This document shows, one piece after another, positions 57,970-64,000 of a stretch of DNA of 64,000 nt (position 1 is the stretch's first letter; each line of letters begins with the position of its first letter). The DNA lies in NCBI GenBank assembly GCA_963808235.1, contig CAWEEQ010000004.1, positions 128,001 to 192,000 on the forward strand. The letters run 5' to 3'. The DNA is from an uncultured delta proteobacterium (GTDB taxonomy: Bacteria; Desulfobacterota; Binatia; Binatales; Binataceae). A program made the translations under genes and the position numbers. The notes beneath the pieces were generated by a model. The model worked only from the letters and a program-made list of their open reading frames with translations, was not told the origin of the DNA and made no database searches.

Positions 57970-59865
57970 TTAGAACCTCGGTCGTGTTACGTCAGGCTGC
58001 GACAGCGGACGCGTCTCGATCTGCTCGCGCGTAAGCTCGGGCACGCTGGTCGGATTGTACGGCACAGCGCCATTGGGCAGCGGCTGGATGATCTGCGGCG
58101 TGACGCTCATGATCAGGTCCGTCTCCTGATTGTTGTAGGTGGTGTTGCGGAATAGTCCGCCGAGGTAAGGCACGTCTCCCAGATATGGCACCTTTTGAAT
58201 CTGGGTTTTCTTCTCGTGCAGGATCAGGCCCGCGATGATGAGGGTCTGGTTGTCCTTCAACTGCACCATCGTTTCCGCGCGCCGGGTAACGAACGCGGGC
58301 ACTGTGAAACCGAACAGCTGCACGCCTAGTGCGAAATCGGGCTCGGAGACTTCAGGCTTTACCAACAGCTCGACATCGTTGCGGCCTACGACGGTCGGAA
58401 CGAATTCAACCGAGGTGCCGAATTGCTTGAAGACGATCGTGGTGTTCAATGCCTGCGCGATTACGATTGGGATCTCACCGCCCGACAGGAACTTTGCCTC
58501 CTCGCCGGAATTTGCGAGCAGATGCGGCTCGGCGAGAATTTTGGCCAGGCTATGGGTCTCGAGGTACTGAAGGAATCCCTGCAACTGGTAATTCGAGTTG
58601 CCGGCCGCGATTCCATAGGTAAGTGCCTGCGACAGCACGAGTGAGGTGAGAGATCCACCCGCCGCAAGGCTATTAGGCGAAGTGGAAACGTTTCCACCTG
58701 AAGACGTGGTGGTTGTAGTCGGGGAAAACGGTGTGGATGCCGCGCCAGGCAGCGAAACCACCGAAATTCCCGCGCGGCTAAGCGCGAGCGACAGGTTGGT
58801 GCCTTGGGCCTCGATCTGAGTACGGTCAAGTTCGGCAACGATCGTGTTGAGCATCACCTGCTGCTTGCCGTTGGGATCAATTCGTACCGGGCGCTCGTCG
58901 TACTTACCCGCCTGGTTCCAAATCGCAAGGGTCGTGAAGCCAGGCTTATGTCCGATCAAGTTGATCTGGAAAGGATTGATCACCTGGATGTCCGCGACTC
59001 CGGTGTCGGCGACCGACACGCGACGCAGCTTGGTGGGGAAGTCGATAATTCTCGAGGATCCGGTCTGCACCTGAACCACGTCGTCGGGCAGAAAATGCCT
59101 TCCCCCAGAAACCGCGCCCGAGTGGAGCTCGCCACCGCTAAGCGCAATCGAAGGGTTAGTACGGAACCTTTCGGTTGATAGCGCGGTGCTTGCGGCTTGG
59201 GTCGAAACCGCGGGCAAATTGGGATTTTCCGTGTCTTCGGTTGAAGTTGGCGGTCGGAACGCGGTTGCGCCCGGGTTGGTCACCGGCGCAGAACTCGTCG
59301 CCGGCGAAGGATTTCCCATTGAGCTTCCCGATGAAACTACCACTGACGAAGAACTGCTCGAGGGAGAACTGGTCGATACGGCGCTCGACGACGATGAGGA
59401 ATCTACCGGGCCTGCGCCCGCGTCCATCTTCGCCACTACCGGCGGCGCAGCGCTTCCCGAGGTCTTGCCGCTGCCCACGATCGGAGCGGGGGCGTTACCC
59501 GGGTGATTGATGTCGTTGATATCGGCTACTTGCTTGACGGTCACGTCGTAGTCGATTTGCTCGCCCGAGGTGTTCTTAACCGAGACGGTCCATTCGCCGG
59601 CTTCGGCGCCAAGCAGGGTGACCTTTCCGGGCTCTTCGTTGTGCACGACCAGCGCGTGCGGATTTGTGATCACTTTCACGGCCGGCGCTTCGCCGGGGCT
59701 GACATTGTTAATTACGTAACTCTCTCCCGCGTTCAGGGCGAGAGACATTTCCGTGGGAGCGCTGTCGGCGGCGAACAGGAGCCCGGGTCGTAACATCAGC
59801 AAGCTGACAGCGGCCATCAGCCACGGAAGCAATCCACATCCTCTTTTACTTTTCATCTTCATCAC
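57970..59865 (-). CDS. cpaC: Tad secretin CpaC/RcpA
   Basis: LAEPHLLANSGEEAKFLSGGEIP, KVPYLGDVPYLGGLFR, ETDLIMSVTP. Confidence 0.9.
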   Translation of the reverse strand: MMKMKSKRGCGLLPWLMAAVSLLMLRPGLLFAADSAPTEMSLALNAGESYVINNVSPGEAPAVKVITNPHALVVHNEEPGKVTLLGAEAGEWTVSVKNTSGEQIDYDVTVKQVADINDINHPGNAPAPIVGSGKTSGSAAPPVVAKMDAGAGPVDSSSSSSAVSTSSPSSSSSSVVVSSGSSMGNPSPATSSAPVTNPGATAFRPPTSTEDTENPNLPAVSTQAASTALSTERFRTNPSIALSGGELHSGAVSGGRHFLPDDVVQVQTGSSRIIDFPTKLRRVSVADTGVADIQVINPFQINLIGHKPGFTTLAIWNQAGKYDERPVRIDPNGKQQVMLNTIVAELDRTQIEAQGTNLSLALSRAGISVVSLPGAASTPFSPTTTTTSSGGNVSTSPNSLAAGGSLTSLVLSQALTYGIAAGNSNYQLQGFLQYLETHSLAKILAEPHLLANSGEEAKFLSGGEIPIVIAQALNTTIVFKQFGTSVEFVPTVVGRNDVELLVKPEVSEPDFALGVQLFGFTVPAFVTRRAETMVQLKDNQTLIIAGLILHEKKTQIQKVPYLGDVPYLGGLFRNTTYNNQETDLIMSVTPQIIQPLPNGAVPYNPTSVPELTREQIETRPLSQPDVTRPRF

Positions 59866-59882
59866 CTTGCCTTCTGCGCGGC

Positions 59883-60980
59883 TTACGGAATATCGATTGT
59901 TTTTGGCGTCGGCACGTAGCTGACGTCCGTTGCGCTGTTCGAGGCACTGGCCGGTTTGGAGTCGACAACGGCGGGCGTTCCCGTGGTGTCGTGATGATCG
60001 GCGTCAGGTGCGCTCGCTACCGCTTTGTTGGATTCAGGGCTCGCGCTAGCGCTGTTATCGTCGTCGGAATCCGAGGACGGCTTCGCCACGTGGTGCTTCC
60101 TGACGCTGCCACCGTCGGCGGCGGCTTCGTTCACGAATGAAACCGACTCGGACGATTTACCATTGCGCATGATCTCGACTTCGATCACTTTTGCGTGATG
60201 CGTCTCGGGGATCACCGAATGATGCTCTGGCTGTGCGGCCATCACCGGAACATCGGGCGCGATGCTATAGGCGCGCAACATCTGCGCAACGTCGGAGCCG
60301 TTGGTCAGGACGATCTTGTTGTCGTTGTAATTGCGCATCGCAAGGCGCAGCGATCCGGCGCGGCTGGCCAGGGCCAGGCGCTCGGCTTCCTGCGGAGAAA
60401 CCAGCAGGGTGACGACTTTCACCACCGTGGGTTCGTCCTTCTTCTGCTCGACTTCCTGCGCGACGGCGAGAACTTCGACGTTCTGCAGCACTACCTTGGA
60501 GAAGGCTTTCTCTGCTCCGGAACCGCCGCTGTCCATCGCGACCAGTATGTCGACCCGGGTATGCGGCAGAACGAAGCCCGCGATATCGCTGACTTCATCG
60601 ACCGGAACCGACACCGCGCGCATTCCGAATGGAATCAACAGGGGCATCACGCCCGCGGTCTTGTCACCGGTGAACAGCTTGGCCTGGACTATGGGCTCGT
60701 TGGCGACCAGCGAGTTTTTCACATAGCTGCCGATGACCTGTCTTGGATCTGTGTAGGAACCCTCTGGAACGCTGTCCGCTGACCAGCGCGCCATCTTCAC
60801 TTCGCCCAGCTCGATTCGGCTGCCGAGCGGAAGATCATACGACGCGACCACGACTTGCACGTTGTGCGCCATGGCCCGCTGGACATCGGCTTCTCTCCGC
60901 TTCAGAGCGGAATACACCATCACCGAAGCCAGCATCGCCGCCAACCCCGCTAGTAAGACGAATACCATCGGTCGTCTCAT
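59883..60980 (-). CDS. cpaB: Flp pilus assembly protein CpaB/RcpC
   Basis: SAF domain, GMRAVSVPV..IAGFVLP..RVDIL, VLQNVEVLAV, VTLLVSPQEAE. Confidence 0.92.
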   Translation of the reverse strand: MRRPMVFVLLAGLAAMLASVMVYSALKRREADVQRAMAHNVQVVVASYDLPLGSRIELGEVKMARWSADSVPEGSYTDPRQVIGSYVKNSLVANEPIVQAKLFTGDKTAGVMPLLIPFGMRAVSVPVDEVSDIAGFVLPHTRVDILVAMDSGGSGAEKAFSKVVLQNVEVLAVAQEVEQKKDEPTVVKVVTLLVSPQEAERLALASRAGSLRLAMRNYNDNKIVLTNGSDVAQMLRAYSIAPDVPVMAAQPEHHSVIPETHHAKVIEVEIMRNGKSSESVSFVNEAAADGGSVRKHHVAKPSSDSDDDNSASASPESNKAVASAPDADHHDTTGTPAVVDSKPASASNSATDVSYVPTPKTIDIP

Positions 60981-61188
60981 ACTCTCCCCTCCCCTCCGGC
61001 CGCTGACTGGCAGGCCGGCTGCGTTCAATTCAAACGGTTAAAATCCGTTAGTTATTTCCTGTTAGCCGGTTATTCGTTTCCGTTCATGCCTGTGGAGCCG
61101 TGCGAAGAAACCGCGGTCACCCGGCGCAGATATGAATCTGCGGTCACAAACAGGTACCTCGTCCGTGGCTCCATGGCGAAGTTTTCAA

Positions 61189-61356
61189 CTAGAAGAGGGG
61201 AATCACGTTGTTGATCAACGATTTGACGATAGTGCCCGCGCTGTTTACCATGGCGATCAGGATCACCATGACCGTCCCGAGTATCAGCACATACTCGGTC
61301 ATAGTCTGTCCGCGCGGACTTACTAATTCCCGGTAGGCTCTTTTCAGCTGGCTCAT
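61189..61356 (-). CDS. flp: Flp family type IVb pilin
   Basis: RGQTMTEYVLIL plus hydrophobic helix; ATG at 61356 after GGGGAG. Confidence 0.85.
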   Translation of the reverse strand: MSQLKRAYRELVSPRGQTMTEYVLILGTVMVILIAMVNSAGTIVKSLINNVIPLF

Positions 61357-61508
61357 TGACTCCCCTCCCAGGGCTGCCGTCGTTTTCGGAATCATTTCTG
61401 TTAGCGAGGGTCGGATTTTTCGGTCCTCGCTAAGAGACATGGTGCCCGACGGCCGTCAAGCCTTCGAACTAGAGCGTGTCGTGCACATGGAGATGGTTGT
61501 CTCGTCGT

Positions 61509-61646
61509 TCAGTGTGCGTGGCTTGCAGCCTTGTAGGCGACGTACACCACTGCCGAGACCGCCAACATGATCATCGCAAAATCGGTCTTGGTCTGCCCGC
61601 AATAATAATTGCCGAGCCTGACTGAAATTGCCGTGATCCTATCCAT
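61509..61646 (-). CDS. Degenerate Flp-like pilin
   Basis: CGQTKTDFAMIMLAVSAVVYVAY; EY replaced by DF, short C-terminus. Confidence 0.5.
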   Translation of the reverse strand: MDRITAISVRLGNYYCGQTKTDFAMIMLAVSAVVYVAYKAASHAH

Positions 61647-61681
61647 GTGCTCGTGGGTCCCCCCAGGACCGTGTGTCGTTT

Positions 61682-61712
61682 GGGGTGGCGGATGGGTTAG
61701 TTCCGCCACCCC
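61682..61712 (-). terminator. Strong hairpin downstream of the major flp gene
   Basis: GGGGTGGCGGA..TCCGCCACCCC 11 bp stem. Confidence 0.6.
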
Positions 61713-61733
61713 GGGGTTTCAACCTTGCTTCGC

Positions 61734-61904
61734 TTAGAGCGAGGCGTTGACGCTGCTGAGCACCGCCGAAACGCTGGTGCCCACGACGTTGTATCCGACG
61801 ATACAAACGACGGCGATCGCCGCGAGGATCAGCGCGTATTCCGCCATTGTCTGGCCGCTCTGATTCTCAGTCGCCCGTACGAACAATTTCGTGATCTTTC
61901 CCAT
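61734..61904 (-). CDS. flp: Flp family type IVb pilin (likely major pilin)
   Basis: Below the ORF-track cutoff; MGKITKLFVRATENQSGQTMAEYALILAAIAVVCIVGYNVVGTSVSAVLSSVNASL, AGGAGG RBS. Confidence 0.92.
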   Translation of the reverse strand: MGKITKLFVRATENQSGQTMAEYALILAAIAVVCIVGYNVVGTSVSAVLSSVNASL

Positions 61905-62014
61905 TCCCGTGTCCTCCTGTGTTTTTTTGGCCGTTATTGGCCATTGTCCCCGTATTTCAGGCCCCCAAGTTCAAATCCCAGATCGACCCGGGAAGGGAGC
62001 GTCGGAAAGACTTG

Positions 62015-62030
62015 AGCATCTGCCGTGCCA
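62015..62030 (-). promoter_or_regulatory. Sigma-54 (-24/-12) promoter for the flp/tad operon
   Basis: Minus strand TGGCACGGCAGATGCT, GG-N10-GC spacing, 110 bp upstream of flp. Confidence 0.75.
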
Positions 62031-62086
62031 GCTTTACCTATTGAGCAAATTCTTCAACTTTTTCGTTCTCTGACGAGCTACGACCG

Positions 62087-62120
62087 GCACCGATGCAACT
62101 CTTGGTTGCGAAACCGCAAC
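62087..62120. promoter_or_regulatory. Candidate tandem upstream activator sequences
   Basis: Perfect inverted repeat GTTGCG-AAAC-CGCAAC (62105-62120) plus GCACCGATGCAAC (62087-62099). Confidence 0.5.
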
Positions 62121-62321
62121 AACACGAAGCTTATAGGCGGACGCCACGCTTAAGTCAAACAAGGTCAATCTAGTTATAGCGCACTATTGATTAAATAAAG
62201 TCAGGCTCCCCAAATGTGATACAGCAACCGCAGAGGCGGCCTGTCGGCCGAGCCCGTCGACAGATCCAATAAATTCGTAGTAGGGTCAGCAAACTGCGCC
62301 GCAGCCTTAATTAGACAGGGA

Positions 62322-63653
62322 TTGAGAGTGACCAGGTCGACGAAGATCACATTGCCCGGGCTCGCCGCGGCGCTCACCAGCCCGGCTGGTGTGGTGATGT
62401 TGTGGGCCGCTGCATTGGTGATTGTCGTGGGAATCTGCACCCGGATGCCCCAGAAAGTCACCCGGTGGGACTTCAGCATCTATTATATGTCGGCAGCCCT
62501 CCTGCACGACGGGCACAACCCATACACGACCGGGTTCGCGCAGATGGCAGAAAGGACGGGACTCGAGGCAGGCGCTATCAGCCATGCTACCGATCCGCCA
62601 ACATTTCTGCTCTGCATGGAACCGTTCGCCCTAATTTCAGAGCGGACGGGCTTTTACATCTGGGCCGGGCTCAACGCAATCTTCTTAGCCGCGGCGCTGA
62701 TGATGCTGCTCGGGAAGGCTTCGGGACTCGAAGCAAGGATCGGGTTGGCCCTGGCGGCGATTGCGATATCGTATCCGCCGGTGGGATGGCACTTCCTCGC
62801 CTCGCAAAGCAAAATCCCGGTTCTGCTGCTGTTGGTTTTGATGATGCGATCCATGGAGCGGGGATGGGACTGGCTGGCAGGGCTTTGCCTGGCGTTCGCG
62901 GGTCTGACTCGAGTCTTTCCGCTGCTGTTGGTCGTCTATCTGGTAATCCAGCGCCGCTGGCGTGTGCTCAACTGGACGTTGATCGGGTTAGCGGCGGGAG
63001 GCTTGATCACGGTCGGGCTGCTGGGAATCGGTGAATCGCTTTCCTTTCTCGTCCATGGTCAACGCGAACTCGTTCATCACTGGCTTGGCTATCCGGCCAA
63101 CATAGGTTTAACTGCCGTCGTCTCACGCCTGTTTTGGTCCATCGGTGGGAAAGAAGCCGGCGGCACCGTCGACTTGCTCCGACAGATTGCGATTGCTGCG
63201 GCGGACCTGGCGCTGCTCGCCACTACGATTTGGGCGACGCTCAGGCTCAAACCTGGGGAGGATCAGGATTGGCGCGGCTTCTCGATGTGGGTAGTGGCAT
63301 CGGTACTCCTCTCGCCCACTGCATGGACCTACTACATGGTTCTGTTCTTCATCCCGTTTGCGCAGCTCGCCGCGGCTGCCAACCGGGGCCGCGCGAGCCG
63401 GCGTGCGGAGATCGCTGCGATTCTGAGCTACCTGATATTGTTTGGCTTGCCGGAGGTGACATATTCTCATTTCGACAAAGTATGGATCGACCGGTACATG
63501 TTGGTGATGAACCAGGGAGCGTTCGTTTCCGCGATGCTCGCGTACCTGGCCGCGTTCTGGTTCACGACCGATAAACTGCCGGCCTTCGATAAGGCAACGG
63601 AGCAGACGCAAGATATTGTCGGCTTACAGAGAACCGTTGCGGAGATGAATTGA
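62322..63653 (+). CDS. Glycosyltransferase family 87 (DUF2029), GT-C membrane protein
   Basis: WDFSIYY..GHNPY, DPPTFLL..PFA, many TM helices, LLSPTAWTYY. Confidence 0.8.
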   Translation: MRVTRSTKITLPGLAAALTSPAGVVMLWAAALVIVVGICTRMPQKVTRWDFSIYYMSAALLHDGHNPYTTGFAQMAERTGLEAGAISHATDPPTFLLCMEPFALISERTGFYIWAGLNAIFLAAALMMLLGKASGLEARIGLALAAIAISYPPVGWHFLASQSKIPVLLLLVLMMRSMERGWDWLAGLCLAFAGLTRVFPLLLVVYLVIQRRWRVLNWTLIGLAAGGLITVGLLGIGESLSFLVHGQRELVHHWLGYPANIGLTAVVSRLFWSIGGKEAGGTVDLLRQIAIAAADLALLATTIWATLRLKPGEDQDWRGFSMWVVASVLLSPTAWTYYMVLFFIPFAQLAAAANRGRASRRAEIAAILSYLILFGLPEVTYSHFDKVWIDRYMLVMNQGAFVSAMLAYLAAFWFTTDKLPAFDKATEQTQDIVGLQRTVAEMN

Positions 63654-63714
63654 GGCCAGCGCCCACATTCCCGACCACAAAATCAGAGCGCATTCGATCG
63701 CGGCGAAGTGCCAA

Positions 63715-64000
63715 GTGAACACTGATTCGGCTGCGCCGGTTCTGGAAGATCCAGAGGGGTCGGCGGAATCTCCGCGCAATCGGCCGCTCGCGAGCCCGCC
63801 CGCCGCAAGGAAATTTCTCAACGACCCCGACTACATACTGAGAGCGTGGGCAGCAATCCTGATCGTTGCCGCGATCGACTGGGTAGGGGCCGGACGCGCA
63901 GGCTTCGAGATTCGTGGAGTACTGCCGGCGGTGTGGGCGGTCACGATGCTCGCAGCGCTAGGCTTCTTAATCGACTACACGGGACGGGCGCGGCAGGTGT
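63715..64000 (+). CDS. Membrane protein, 5' part only (possibly PAP2-like)
   Basis: Open frame from GTG 63715 to the edge: ..AWAAILIVAAIDWVGAGRAGFEI..LAALGFLIDYTGR; family not determinable. Confidence 0.5.
   Translation, partial: MNTDSAAPVLEDPEGSAESPRNRPLASPPAARKFLNDPDYILRAWAAILIVAAIDWVGAGRAGFEIRGVLPAVWAVTMLAALGFLIDYTGRARQV

Overview
High-GC bacterial chromosomal window. Gene content and style suggest a deltaproteobacteria-like soil lineage such as Ca. Binatota, but this is inference only. Many ordinary genes are split by indel frameshifts, most likely long-read consensus errors. About 1-29 kb is core and metabolic: an SBP56/methanethiol-oxidase homolog (partial), enoyl-CoA hydratase, L,D-transpeptidase + YcbK, grxD-bolA, thiolase, two family III CoA-transferases, sulfatase, thiI, persulfide dioxygenase-rhodanese, hydantoinase/oxoprolinase A/B, and maf-yggS-proC-yggT-yggU. 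A perfect parS site lies at 9070. At 29.36-32.79 kb an AT-richer cassette carries a type II-like restriction-modification pair and a small zinc-ribbon gene, bracketed by ~100 bp imperfect inverted repeats with a 42 bp perfect core. It has no transposase or integrase, and a related, apparently empty inverted pair lies at 37.3-37.5 kb. Next come a sugar kinase, an MFS transporter, a Re-citrate-synthase-like gene, an LLM/AAD/hydrolase operon, a DUF4185 protein, an RRM protein and tRNA-Asn. The right third is a cell-surface region: srpA-cytochrome b, Gly/Tyr-rich lipoproteins, DUF2950, a large NHL-repeat protein, an orphan sigma-54 activator, and a Tad/Flp pilus operon with three pilin-like genes and a sigma-54 promoter with candidate enhancer sites. 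A divergent GT87 glycosyltransferase follows.
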